Assembly (NCBI GenBank): GCA_024704765.1
Contig: JAKMXF010000365.1
Span: forward strand, 744,001 to 808,000
DNA: 64,000 nucleotides
Reading direction: 5' to 3'
Origin: Oopsacas minuta
Taxonomy: Eukaryota; Animalia; Porifera
Shown: positions 1-13,758 of the stretch, in pieces
How positions within the stretch are numbered: position 1 is the stretch's first letter
How the letters are laid out: every line of letters starts with the position of its first letter
The notes under the pieces: model-generated
The model's database searches: none
What the model was told of the DNA's origin: nothing
The model's input: only the letters and a program-made list of their open reading frames with translations
Made by a program: the position numbers and the translations under genes

Positions 1-129
1 AAATCTGAATAATATGTCCAATTAATTAATTAATGTGCTGGTAGTTATATGTACTACTCAGTATTGAAGAATAAATAGGATACTTATCAAGCAAGTAAAA
101 GTCAAAAAGCTGAGGAAGTAAAGCAAAAA

Positions 130-3100
130 TTATTTATCCTTCTTTGATTCCGATTTGGATTGTTTTTTGAGTTCTTGTATTAGATGTTGTTGTGCAAGAG
201 AGTTAATAGTTGATATTACAAAATACATGATCATCCCAGTTACCAAACAGGTTAATAGGAATGATACTAGACCTCCATCATTTGAATCCTGTCCAAGCTT
301 AAGTTTGATCCTCTGCTGCTCAAAATAATCAGTGATATAAGGCTCTAGGATAGCTCCGAACTTAGGAATTCCTGCTATTAATCTGATCACCATTTTCAAA
401 TATGATTCAGTGAATACTATTATTATGAATGAAGTTTGCATTGCCATTTTAATTCCAGCTTTACCTACAAGAGTTGCAGAGAAAAATGTGGAAAAGGGAA
501 TGAGGAAATATCCACAAGTTATTCCAGCCAGATCAAACAGAGGGTTCGGGATAGAAGCACATAGAAGTATGCCGAAGAAACCGAATCTTGTAACAAGTTC
601 CTGAACTTTTTTCTTGGCTGATGATTGCTCTTCTTCCTCGAGATTTTCTCCAGAACGTCGAGCAGTGCGTGCCATAAAGTAGGGCGGAAGTTCGCCTATC
701 GCAGTCCCTAAAGAATAAGCGAATACAATGGTAGTATATTTTTCTTAGTGGTCTTATTAGCTTATTTAGCTTTGTGTCTAGACGATATAACAGCATATTT
801 GTAAGAGTCACAATACTCATTTTTCTACAAACTCAAAGCTTAAACTTTGTACTTGTTAATCTAGTATTGTTTGTCTTGTATATTAAATTATAATATTTTT
901 AGAATTAAGCTTCTTTCAGGTAATCAATTAGTTTATTAATTGAGCGAGTAGCCGAGTACAAATTAGGAAATGCTTTGTGCAATGCTGTTGTTTACAACAA
1001 TATTGTACAAATCATTAAATGTTACTAATAAGCTCATGTATTTGCTAAATTCTATTAAATCGGTGATTTTAAATCGAATAAATATGATAATATTGTACCA
1101 ATTTTTGACACTGTAATAATTGGCAAATAATACAAACCGCTAATTCGAATATCACTTACTATAGAATAATCAATAATTTTCTGTAATAATAATCATGAAG
1201 AAATCTGAGCTACCTAGCTTGTTAGGTGTCTTTACAGCAATATTTAATCATTTTATGCTGATACTATTGTAAGCACAAAACTTAGGTTAATAGTTAGGAA
1301 AGTCCTATGAAAAAATAGCACTTGTTTAGAGAAACATTAAACTTCTCTTTATTATATTTATTACTGACGCGTTAACCAATAACGAATATATATCGACGTA
1401 ATTAAATTATTAAACATATAAATTGACAACCATTTGATATACGTCAATTAATAACATAACGCATAATCTAATGTATAGTATTAATTCCACAGCCCGTGTG
1501 TTAAACCTATTCAAGCAGGTAATGTATTATGTGATAACCAAAAACACCTAATAAATATGAGTATAATACTCGTAATTATTACCGTGATGGACATGCTTAT
1601 AAATAATCATAAGATCACAACAGAAGAATATATTTACTATTCAAAAACGTGCTAACTAACAAATTAGTCAACATTTCTTGCTTCAAGGTTCGTCTAACAT
1701 AAATTCTTGCTGAATCCTATATAAGGCAACATTCACCACATTACTTTATGCCATTATATAGTGCCTACACGGTATATACTGGAGTCATATAAATACAGCC
1801 AATTGAAATCTGTAAAATCAACTTGAAACAGTATATTGCTTCCAGTATTGAATTCTAGTATAATATTTACAAAAATACTATTCGCAGACACAAAATGAAT
1901 CAAATTAAATGTGTTGTCGTTGGCGACGCTTTAGTCGGGAAGACAAGTCTCTTGAAGTCTTACGCAGCTCATAAATTCTCCCAGGAACACACACCTACTG
2001 TTTTCGATAATTATCTCGTCGATGTGATGGTAAATGGTGATATCTGCCATTTGGGACTGTTCGATACCCCCAGTCACGAGAATTATGATAAACTGAGACC
2101 AATGTCTTACAACCAAGCTAGCGTAATATTAATTTGTTATTCAGTTGTTAAACCGAGTTCTTTCAAAAGCATAACTGAAAAGTGGGTTCCTGAAATACAC
2201 TTTTTCGCACCAAAAACTCCATTCATCCTAGTTGGAACACAGACTGACCTCAGAAACGAGTTAGAATTAGATTTGAATACAAGTAATACTAAGAGAGAAA
2301 AACACGAAGCAACTAGCCGTAAGGAAGGAAAGAAACTATCAAAAGAACTCGCCAAATACTGTAACTGTATCGGCCATGTGGAATGTTCTGCATTAACACA
2401 AAGAGGATTGAAAATGGTATTTGATGAAGTGATCAGATCAGCTACGTCACAACAATTAGGAGAAAAGAAGAAAGGAAAAGGAAAATGCTACGTATTATAA
2501 TTAATTAAATTTGTATTATTGTTAAACCATTGACTCTAATATCATATTTTTAAGTGAACGGCCCAAAAACTGTATATTATTGAAATATTAAATTGCATTT
2601 TAGATAATAAATCACTTTACGCTTTGAGTAGAAATTTATTATTCTTCTATTAACAGCTTTTAGCCATAACAATACCTGTAATAAATAGAAAATAATAATT
2701 AATTAAGTGCTTCTACGATCTAATAGCTGTAATTAAGCAGCTATCATGAAATAAATTCGAGTTGGAATAATTATGGGCTGATCCATTAAGTATAATTAAA
2801 TTCCTTGTGGCAAAAGTCCTAGTTTCTATTACAAGACATAATATTGGTCAGTTTGAATAAATTTTAATATGGGGTAGAAACATCTACAAATCAATACAGG
2901 TTTATGCAGGTGACAAGGAGTATATATATATAAAAACCTGCTTAAATCATCAACAACAGCATATTAAAGTTGATATATATATGTGTATGTGTAAGTAAAC
3001 AATAAACACAATTTAGTGTTGTTGATACGTAGACGAAATATATTAAATCATTGTAAATATGAAAAAGGTCAGATAATTAATTATAACTTTATCTATTCAG

Positions 3101-6049
3101 GGATTACTTTACAAATAAAATTGCATAGAAATAATATAATGGAACAAGTTAACATCATAGTTACATCATGTTGCATTGTGGAAACATTGTCTGGTCAAAA
3201 GTGGAAATATTTTGTTCATAAAATCTCGTCAAATCAGCAAATTTGGGGAGCAATTCCAAACTACTTTTAGAATTGTAAAATAGTTTTAATTCCAGCTAAT
3301 TAGTACTATAATAGATAATGAAGGTATTAGTACCAATAATATGCAGAAGTAAAACAGTTTCAGTTCAAACAATCAATAAAATTGAAACTTTCAGGTCTTA
3401 CACACTTCCGAGAATGTCGAACAGTCCATAATTAACGTAATTAGATCAGGAAATCAATACAATGCAATTTAACCAAATAACATCGCGAAGAACATTACTT
3501 CAAACTGACATAATTAAAATGGAAATACTTACAACCGAGACACTTTTCAGCTGATACTATTTAAGAATACAATGGAGTGAGAATAGATAATGTGATATAA
3601 TCTTTAATAGCATTGAGTATTTGTATAGTAACAACTAGTTGGCAGAACATCTGCTAATAATCGTGGTATATACGAGTAAGCAAGGAAACCGTTGAATCCG
3701 AGAAGAGACCCCGTTACCCCGTATACCATTGAGGCAGTATAGATAAGACATTGATCACTAACATAACTTAATACTGGATAATTCAGTTTTGGAATAGTAA
3801 ATTATTAGATAGGACAAATACGCAGACGTAGTATATCAACTCTAGTTGTATTAACATTGATAGACTTTCCTCAAAATTAAGGGATAATTTAAGATTAGCA
3901 CGATGTCATATTCTTAATGTCATGGGCGGACCTAGGCCCTAACATTTGGAGGGGGCAAAACTGGACAGATCCTGGACACATTATACATTTGATTATACAA
4001 CTGAGAAATTTTGAGAGTGCAAGGTACAACTTTTGGGCCAATGCCCCCTAGACCCTCCTATGCTGTTATGTTGAAATATTCCGTTAACAATACATATCAA
4101 TACAAAATAGTTATATGTAGAATTACCTGCTCCCCAGCAAATAGCTTCTACAGACACTTTATTGAAAATTGTCCAAAAGCTAACAACAGATTCAGCGGAT
4201 TCCTGGGTCGGACAAATAATAGTATCAGGGTAAGGAGGCTCTGGAAAGTCTAGAGATTTACAAGTCCATGCAGCTAGAGTAACATGAGCTATATGTGGTC
4301 CCAGATAAAGGAGAAATGTATGTAGCCCAGTACCAAATCCGAAAGATGAGAGAAATCCTAGGAATGTCCAGTAAGACATCCAATATCCATTCTTCTTAAC
4401 TGCGTCAAATAACGCCTGCAATTATATACATGATTATATATTGAGTAGGAATAGCTATATAATTATCCTCTATATGAATATTCACAAATACGGATAATTA
4501 GTTTATAATAATCTTAAAATATTGAAAATATGTAAATAAGAGAACGCTATTCGTACAACATCACCTACATCTTCAACCAAATATGATGTTATAAGAACAA
4601 ACTCGTGTTCATTGGTTAAATTTGTTGAATGTCGTGTATGTAAGCTTTTACGGAAATGATAATAATGTACATAGGAATTTCGTTCCATCGTGTCCCTGTA
4701 GCGGATTGATTAACCATATAGAATAAGAGAAATAGTGGTGATCACAATAGACAGGATGTGGCCCTATTAGATACATACTATAATTACTCGCGGCTGCTTA
4801 TGAGGTATATACTGTAGGGTATAGTTTAAGAGGCTTCATATGTGAATGGAACTCTTCGTCCCGGACATTTCATCGCCGTAATTTATTACGTACTTCACAC
4901 TATAAAAACTACAGCTTTCATTGAATTATTTCTGATGAAGCAAGATGTATTGTATTGTCCGAGTCGTTGGAATTCATGATGATTTGCCCAAACGACGAAA
5001 TGCTAAACCATTCTTTTCAAATATTTGTGGCACCATATATAAATAACATACAGAGCAATACATATCTCTGTCTGAAGATAGTTTGTTAATACTTCACAAA
5101 TATTTGTTGCAAATTCTGTCTCTAAAAAATGCAAACATGAATTTTACCAGCTAGCGATTCGTAAGTGAAAATATCATCTGAAAAATTGTCCATTTCTGAT
5201 AAAAAGAATTACTGATTACGTCATCAATTTATTGTCCAGAATGATACAAATTATACAAATTATGTATTTAATAGGCAAATGCCATCAATTACACATATGT
5301 AAATGTTAGGTTGCCATCAAAGACCAGGTTTCTATTAAATTGCAATTTGTAGAAATGGTGGCGGTGATTGGATGAGCTGAATTTTCCCATAAAATGATGG
5401 TTTAATATATTCTCAATAGCCAATCCAATGACAGGTTAACAAGTCATAATGGGGCAAAAATTAATAACAGAATAGCATAATTAGCAATTACTGCTCTGTT
5501 ACTTACCATACTTTTATGATATATATCAAACCACTTTGTATATACTTATTAGAATCCGGTAATTTGCATACAAATCTGCCATCGTAGTTACATAAATACA
5601 TTCCATTATACCCAAACGCGACATGATGGTATAATAATCAGGTATTAAAATATTATCGATATTATGTGATTTATTGCTGTTTACAGATGTATTTAACATA
5701 TGTTTTGTCTGGGGAATTTAAATAATAATAATAATTTTGTAATGCAAAATGTGTTACTCACCTGATGTGGACCTTCTATATTGTCTAGGAAGTAAGATCC
5801 AATCAAAATAATAATTCCACAAAATACGAAAATTTTATTTCTAACTATCTCTGAATACAAGTATACAAAATTGTCAGCCATGTATTGCACGAGGTGATAA
5901 ATAGTAGATAATGGTTTCTTCCATAAGACTAGATGCTGAGCCTCAGCAACGGCTAATTGTGAGACTGATCGTGTTAGAATTGGTTTTGAGCGTTTTGATT
6001 CCCCCTCTTTTCTTTGAGTAGAACTACCCTTATCCACTTCAGAACTCAT
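130..6049 (-). CDS. VMP1: Vacuole membrane protein 1 (VMP1/TMEM49); 3 coding exons: 6049-5762, 4415-4127, 707-130
   Basis: Joined exons give LVLWKKP..., [40 protein letters not shown]|[13 protein letters not shown] and [24 protein letters not shown], all hallmark VMP1 segments. GT-AG sites with matching phases were read at each junction. Confidence 0.96.
1895..2500 (+). CDS. Atypical Rho-family (Rac/Cdc42-like) small GTPase, intronless, nested antisense in VMP1 intron 2
   Basis: [21 protein letters not shown] effector loop, [26 protein letters not shown], polybasic tail and CAAX (CYVL). The G3 motif reads DTPSH rather than DTAGQ. Confidence 0.93.
   Translation: MNQIKCVVVGDALVGKTSLLKSYAAHKFSQEHTPTVFDNYLVDVMVNGDICHLGLFDTPSHENYDKLRPMSYNQASVILICYSVVKPSSFKSITEKWVPEIHFFAPKTPFILVGTQTDLRNELELDLNTSNTKREKHEATSRKEGKKLSKELAKYCNCIGHVECSALTQRGLKMVFDEVIRSATSQQLGEKKKGKGKCYVL
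3924..4062. mobile_element. Possible degenerate hAT-like MITE relic in VMP1 intron 2
   Basis: GC-rich patch starting CATGGGCGGACCTAGG and ending CCCCTAGACCCTCCTATG (imperfect inverted ends). No clear target-site duplication. Confidence 0.3.
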
Positions 6050-6258
6050 AGAGACTAATATTAGATAGACCTAGCGTTATAACTTATAATAACGGCCAAA
6101 TATAAAATTAGTTATTTCAATCAAATGCAAATGTCAACGAAGACTCGTATGTTGTTGATTTCTTATAAGATTGATAGAAAGTTAGAATCGAGAGTCTAAT
6201 TCGTTCGAATGAAAATACATAAAGAATAAAGTGAGTATGAAATTTTGAAATAAGGGGT

Positions 6259-7269
6259 TTACAAATTGAATGCTATTTTCCATTCTTGTAACTGCTGGAG
6301 ATTCACGACACTACCTCCACACACTATAACCACTATATTGAGTTTCCCCTGTGGTAACATTCCACTCAATTGCATATCAGCTATGATAGACGTATTGTAT
6401 ACTACAGAGAGAGCTGCACCACAAGATGGCTCTATAATCATTCTATAGTCATCTGCAAACTTTAAACAAGCGTCAACAGCCGCAGCATCAGTTACAGTAG
6501 AACTAATAGCCCTGCCTTCTATAACATGCTGCAGGGCAGTAGGACTGGGTGACTTAGAGCCTAAACTCTTTGCAATACTAGTTATTTCAGGAAGACTAAT
6601 ACAGTATCCCGCTTTATATGATTGATTGAGTGAATCAGCTCCTATAGTCTCCATAGCAAGTACTTTAGTACTCTCCCACCCAACCTCCTTAAGACCCTGT
6701 ACAACACCATTAAGCAGGCCTCCTCCTCCAACAGCTACAACCATCAAATCGGGGGATTTTTTATCCCCTCTCCTACTCAAATCTTGATGTATTTCATGCA
6801 CCATAGATGCATGCCCCTCCCACAAGTAAGGATGCTCAAATGGTGGAATATATCCATACCCTTCTTCCTTGCATGCGTCTCTTGCAACCTCATCAGCTAC
6901 ATTCCACACATCACCCTTAACAATTACAGTAGCACTTTGTTGTTTCAAACGCTGGACTATAAAAGTAGGTGTAGTTGTGGGTAAATACACTGTTATAGGG
7001 GTGTTAAGCTTATTGGCAGCAAATACACCAGCAAGTCCTGCATTACCTCCAGACGAGCATACCAAATGCTTTACTCCTTCTTGACAACGCTTTATACACA
7101 TGTTTCCTATTCCACGTATTTTGTAAGAAGATGAGTTCTGTAAGTTCTCAAGCTTAAGATGGACAGTGTGAGGGTATGAGGGAAGGAGTGGAGATGAAAT
7201 GGAAGGGAATGATACCAATGGAGTATGTATTATTAGGTCAGACAAGGCTGGTATCTGAGTACTTGCCAT
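6259..7269 (-). CDS. SDS: L-serine dehydratase / L-threonine deaminase (PLP fold II), intronless
   Basis: KLENLQNSSSYKIRGIG (PLP lysine), SSGGNAG, PPFEHPYLWEGH, VAVGGGGLLNG, EPSCGAALS, VCGGS. SDS versus SDSL cannot be resolved. Confidence 0.93.
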   Translation of the reverse strand: MASTQIPALSDLIIHTPLVSFPSISSPLLPSYPHTVHLKLENLQNSSSYKIRGIGNMCIKRCQEGVKHLVCSSGGNAGLAGVFAANKLNTPITVYLPTTTPTFIVQRLKQQSATVIVKGDVWNVADEVARDACKEEGYGYIPPFEHPYLWEGHASMVHEIHQDLSRRGDKKSPDLMVVAVGGGGLLNGVVQGLKEVGWESTKVLAMETIGADSLNQSYKAGYCISLPEITSIAKSLGSKSPSPTALQHVIEGRAISSTVTDAAAVDACLKFADDYRMIIEPSCGAALSVVYNTSIIADMQLSGMLPQGKLNIVVIVCGGSVVNLQQLQEWKIAFNL

Positions 7270-7660
7270 CTAACTGCGATTGTTAATTAGCAAAGAGTGA
7301 TTATCATTGTAACACAGTCTAAGGGATATTCCTAAGTGGATGCCATGTGCCTCTTGAGTCCTGGAGTTGTAGTAACTACAGAAATTAGGCACGCTGCAGC
7401 CAAAGGAGCGAGCGAAATTTGTATATATATAACTATACCCTATGGGCCTTGTGAACTATGGGTATACCAGTACTCTTAATTATTACATATATCCATATAC
7501 TATCAAAATATAATTATTACTAGAAAGTGAACATTCTCCTATTATCCGAGGGTCCATAATAAGAAACATTGAGCTCATATTTGGGTAACAGAACATTTTC
7601 TCTATGAATTTGAATGGCACAATAAATTCCAATCTATTAATACAAACCAGCTGTTATAAC

Positions 7661-8884
7661 CTAACCAGACAAATCATTATTATTAAACTTAGCTTCATCG
7701 TAAAGTTCTCCTTTAACCACACGACCACTGAAATAACGTCCATCCAATGAATCAGCAGCTTTCTGACTCTCTTCTGGTTTAGAGAATAGTACAAATATTT
7801 TTACAATAACAGACTCATCTTCTTGTGTTTCTTGATATACTACAACACGCTGTACCTTACCATACCTACTACATTCATCATTGACCTCTCCCTCCAGATC
7901 CTCATCAATGTCCTCAGGTCCTACCATGTTACGTAGTACTACAACACGGGACTCAGTACGTCTAGACAGCTTATGCATTACCAGCAGACGAGCATTGCTA
8001 CCACTTATACTTACACTCTCCTCCTGTTGTAGGCTAGATTCTGGCGCAGTACCATTCCCCTGTAGCATCAGAGGATTAAAATCTAACATTGACATGGTGT
8101 TAGGAAGAGATCCAATGAAGGGGAGAGATGCGTTAGGAGGCATTAACGGTAGAGGAGGGGTGAGAGCACGTCCTACCCTCAGATACTGTCCACCTAGTGT
8201 GAACAGATTCATGCTAGCGATAGCTTCATCACAAGACTTCTGAGTAGCGTATTCTATGTATCCCCATCCACGGTGCCTAGTTGGATTAACATCAGGAGCT
8301 AGTTGTACACTCCTCACAATTCCGAATACCTCGAATACGCTCTTAAGCTCATCTTCAGTTACATCCAAGTTTATAGAGGCTACATACACACGATGGTACT
8401 CTCTAGCCTCTTCGTTCATCTTAGCGAATATGGGAGCTGCTTGAGGTACATTGTTGGGTCTACCCACCTTGATAGGTCTACCTCCCATCAATGCACCGTC
8501 CATCTGTTCTAGAGACAGCTGAGCAGCATCTACAGTCTCAAACTCTACAAATGCATAACCTTTATGCTTCATAGTGATTGCATCCCATGACATATTGATG
8601 CTCTTTACTGTACCGAATGGACAGAATGCAGTTTTCAAGGTATCTTCACCTAACTCGTAGTAAATACTACCTACATATATACGAGACATGAGTAGTAGAG
8701 CTCTCTGTCTCTGAGCTGCATCTGCCAGAGCTAACATCTGGTTTTGCTGGTTATGTACCTGTTGCGATTGTGCAAACTTCATCGTTTCTTCAAGAGCATA
8801 TTGTTTAGCTTGTTTTAACTTCTCTTCTTCCTCATCTGTTAACCCAGTTATACCGTACATGTTGATAGAAGCACCAACCATCAT
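7661..8884 (-). CDS. PUF60: Poly(U)-binding splicing factor PUF60 / half-pint, intronless; likely start is the ATG at 8884
   Basis: QRQRALLLMSRIYVGSIYYELGED, RRM1 (HKGYAFVEFE), KVGRPNN, RRM2, MNLFTLGGQYLRVGRA and a C-terminal UHM (VVVLRNMVGPEDIDEDLEGEV ... LDGRYFSGRVV). Confidence 0.96.
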   Translation of the reverse strand: MMVGASINMYGITGLTDEEEEKLKQAKQYALEETMKFAQSQQVHNQQNQMLALADAAQRQRALLLMSRIYVGSIYYELGEDTLKTAFCPFGTVKSINMSWDAITMKHKGYAFVEFETVDAAQLSLEQMDGALMGGRPIKVGRPNNVPQAAPIFAKMNEEAREYHRVYVASINLDVTEDELKSVFEVFGIVRSVQLAPDVNPTRHRGWGYIEYATQKSCDEAIASMNLFTLGGQYLRVGRALTPPLPLMPPNASLPFIGSLPNTMSMLDFNPLMLQGNGTAPESSLQQEESVSISGSNARLLVMHKLSRRTESRVVVLRNMVGPEDIDEDLEGEVNDECSRYGKVQRVVVYQETQEDESVIVKIFVLFSKPEESQKAADSLDGRYFSGRVVKGELYDEAKFNNNDLSG

Positions 8885-9583
8885 TTCCTCAGTAATTAAT
8901 CTATGATGCAAATTATAAGTTTTGGTAAAAGGAATACAAAACACCGGAAATCAAAGCATGCAGGATAAAAGCAGAATCCTCTGGAAACGGTTATGCCGGT
9001 TATAATGACATGTATTTCTATTCCCAAAGAGGTTCTTATAACCGCCATACTGTTTACTGTATCAACATACGTATATGACATATAGATAATCAATAATCTA
9101 ATCGGTGAAAACAGGAATACTGCATCAGTACATACATATAGTACAAGATAACACCTCGTTGTATGTATACCCTGTAGACTATGGGTCTATAAATATGAGA
9201 TCTAATAAGTACTAATATACATTTCAACTGGTAAAAACATTCGTTTAAGACTTGAGTAAAGAATTAAACCAATTCAAAACCAAAATTGCATTTGTAATTG
9301 GAAATATATACGTAATAATACTACAAAAGAGTAAGTGACCCGCTAATAGCAACTGTATGTGATTCTACTGTTATTTATTATAGTAATAATTTACACCAAT
9401 TGACCCAACTGTTATAATACTTATTTGTACCACTCGATTGTTATTAGGAGATACTATCCGTATTACTTATTAATTAAAATCGAACTATTAAACATAATTC
9501 GTAACTTAGCATTTTGGTCAAATAATATTTTATACGAGTATCTTGGGTTTTATTAATAACATCTCTCTCCGTCTAGTTAGCTA

Positions 9584-10435
9584 TCAAAATATCTGAATTT
9601 TATCAGTGTAGCAACAAAACAATTTATCTTTGATTACCAGAACTCCTTTAGGGTTTTCATCTACTTGTATTGTGTGAATGCTATTTCCTGATAGATCAAA
9701 TATCTGTAGAGTTTTACTGTCATAATCACTTAGTATTATACTACCACTTGTATCTATATGGAAGAAGAGAGGACTGGATTTTCTGTTCGGATCTAAAGGG
9801 ATAATGTCTTTCTTCTTCTCTCCTCCTTTTGAGAATATATGCACACACGTGTCTGACTTATCAATAGCAGTAATTGAATCTTGAGATAGTTTGACATCAC
9901 GAGGGAACCAGAGATCTCCTATACCAATATATCGTAAAAATTCTAACTCGGAATTAAAAATACAAATTGCATGACTGCCTGAGTCTGCAACAAATATTTC
10001 ATTCCCATCTGAAGTAATGCCCCGTGGTTCCTTTAGCTTTTTGTTCTCAGTAGTAGAACTTACTCTTGTTATCAGTGTGAAGTCAAAGAGAGAGAATTTT
10101 AGCAATCCGTGATGTCCAACATCTGTTACAAACACAGAATCAGAGAGTATAGCTACGCCCCAGGGAGAATCAAGGTCTTTCTCACCAAACATGCTTACAA
10201 ATTCCCACTCCATGGTTAGCACAACTATCCTGTTGTTATCTGAGTCTACAATGAATAAGTTACAGCTCTGAGTATCCAACAGTAATGAACGTGGATTGCT
10301 AAGCCCAGGAGGTGCTGATACCTTACAGTTAATAGTGTCGATAGATCCTTTCTTGCTTTGGTAGAATTGTACTGGGTCAGATATGTGCATGCTCCCAAAA
10401 GGAAGAGAATCTGGACTAGTGCTGTTTGATGCCAT
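9584..10435 (-). CDS. Stand-alone NHL-repeat beta-propeller protein, intronless; likely start MASN at 10435
   Basis: Repeated NHL blades: LSNPRSL..FIVDSDNNRIVV, LDSPWGVAI..VFVTDVGHHGL, LKEPRGIT..IFVADSGSHAICIF, LWFPRDV. No RING or B-box in the ORF. Confidence 0.8.
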   Translation of the reverse strand: MASNSTSPDSLPFGSMHISDPVQFYQSKKGSIDTINCKVSAPPGLSNPRSLLLDTQSCNLFIVDSDNNRIVVLTMEWEFVSMFGEKDLDSPWGVAILSDSVFVTDVGHHGLLKFSLFDFTLITRVSSTTENKKLKEPRGITSDGNEIFVADSGSHAICIFNSELEFLRYIGIGDLWFPRDVKLSQDSITAIDKSDTCVHIFSKGGEKKKDIIPLDPNRKSSPLFFHIDTSGSIILSDYDSKTLQIFDLSGNSIHTIQVDENPKGVLVIKDKLFCCYTDKIQIF

Positions 10436-11591
10436 CCGTATATCAGAGTAAATACTACAACTAGTTTGAGTTAATTTAAATATTAACATTTGTCTGTGAA
10501 CAAAGCAATATATATCGTTTTTTTGTGAATGATGTATTCTACTCCTATTCCTCTTACGTAATAAACTGCTAACCCATGGTCTAAGTAATTGAGCTGCCAT
10601 AATTGGCTGTGATCCATGCATGACACAAGCAATCTGAGAGAATTCACTTTCAGGGTTACCTAATTTTGGAAGTGCAACTTTTCATTTTGTATTAATGTGC
10701 ACATCCAAATAGGTAGGTGCCCCGTAGGGTAGGTTACACTTACGTGTACATTAATTTTCAGTTCGATATACGTAATAGCTTGTCATTTCTATCCAAATGA
10801 CTAAAAGACGAATGAAATTCAACATTTGCTAGAGCACAAATCAATTTGGTCCACCTTACTTAAGTCCTTATATTAATATTCTGGAGTTATGCTACTGAAA
10901 AAGTATTTGAGAACTATCCTAGGACTATCGATGGGGTCAAACTCGTTAAAAGTATTCAATAATAATGTACAAAAGTTTACGACGTATTATTGCTGGAAAT
11001 CGTACAAAAGAAGAGAAATGTATATAGTAAACGAAGGTAGTCACATTGATCACCAACCTGTTCAGATATTCTGGATCGATCATACTTCATACAATCAAAT
11101 TTACATATACATTTGCCTATAACGACCACCGAAGGCACTGGCCAAATATGACCATCATATACAATTGGCCGGTATGCTAGTATTTTGAAGTTAATAACAG
11201 ACTTTAGTTTAAAATCTTTATGTGCTACCCTGCAAATCTTAGGCAACATATTTGTTTGTAGAGAACATCTTCACACAACTTTGCTCTACACTACACCCTA
11301 GTATGTACGAATGTTGCAATATAATGATTTGTTGAGATGTTAATAAGAAATTAGGAATACTTGAATGAAATTCCAAGCTACGTAATTACCTCTTCAGTAT
11401 ATCAAGGTTAGGATAAGGAATATTTGAAAATTACTGTTTAATAATATCAATATGATATCACATATAGACTAGTATTGGTAAGATTGTAAGAATAAAGGTT
11501 TGTGTTTTAGTGGAGATAAGATGTACTCGTACTTGCAGGGTAACTAGAAAGTGGATAAGTTTTACGTAAACAGATTGGTCAATAAAAGTGC

Positions 11592-13218
<1,627 letters not shown>

Positions 13219-13758
13219 TCAGTGGGATATATTCCTAGATAAGGAAATAAGTTAGAAGGGGGAAAATAGGAACAGGAGAAGAAAAAATAAAATACAATGC
13301 CGAAAACCATTTGATTACACTTTGAAAGGTATCTGTTTGGTTTGATAAGAATCAATCAATATGCCTATATGGTGTTAATTTACGAACCAATAGTATTATC
13401 ATACAAATAATACACCAACACATGACCGTGAAAATTAGAAATCAATAAGCAATTGTATGACTAGCTTACTATCGAGGAATACACCATTATTATTTGTTTG
13501 TTAGTGGCACATTCTACTAGGATAATCTTGTTGTTAAGGTAAGGTGGTTGTGACTTGCGAATTGCAACCTTCCAAGGCTTTATCTAGGTTATCTTAAGCT
13601 TAATTCATCTCAGAAAATATCGCTATCTCTGCAAAAATTTAAAAACGAAATGATATATAATTCCTATTTCAATGTACAAAATAGAAAATGCAATACATAT
13701 TATCAGGCAATTAATCAATATTTATACAACCGGATACTGTCTATTCGATATACACAAA

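Noticed and set aside
3000-3860. Hydrophobic coding-like stretch on the minus strand in VMP1 intron 2 (about 75 codons, ..[20 protein letters not shown]..)
   Set aside because: No start codon, multiple stops around it and no recognisable family. It could be a decayed membrane-protein gene but cannot be supported.
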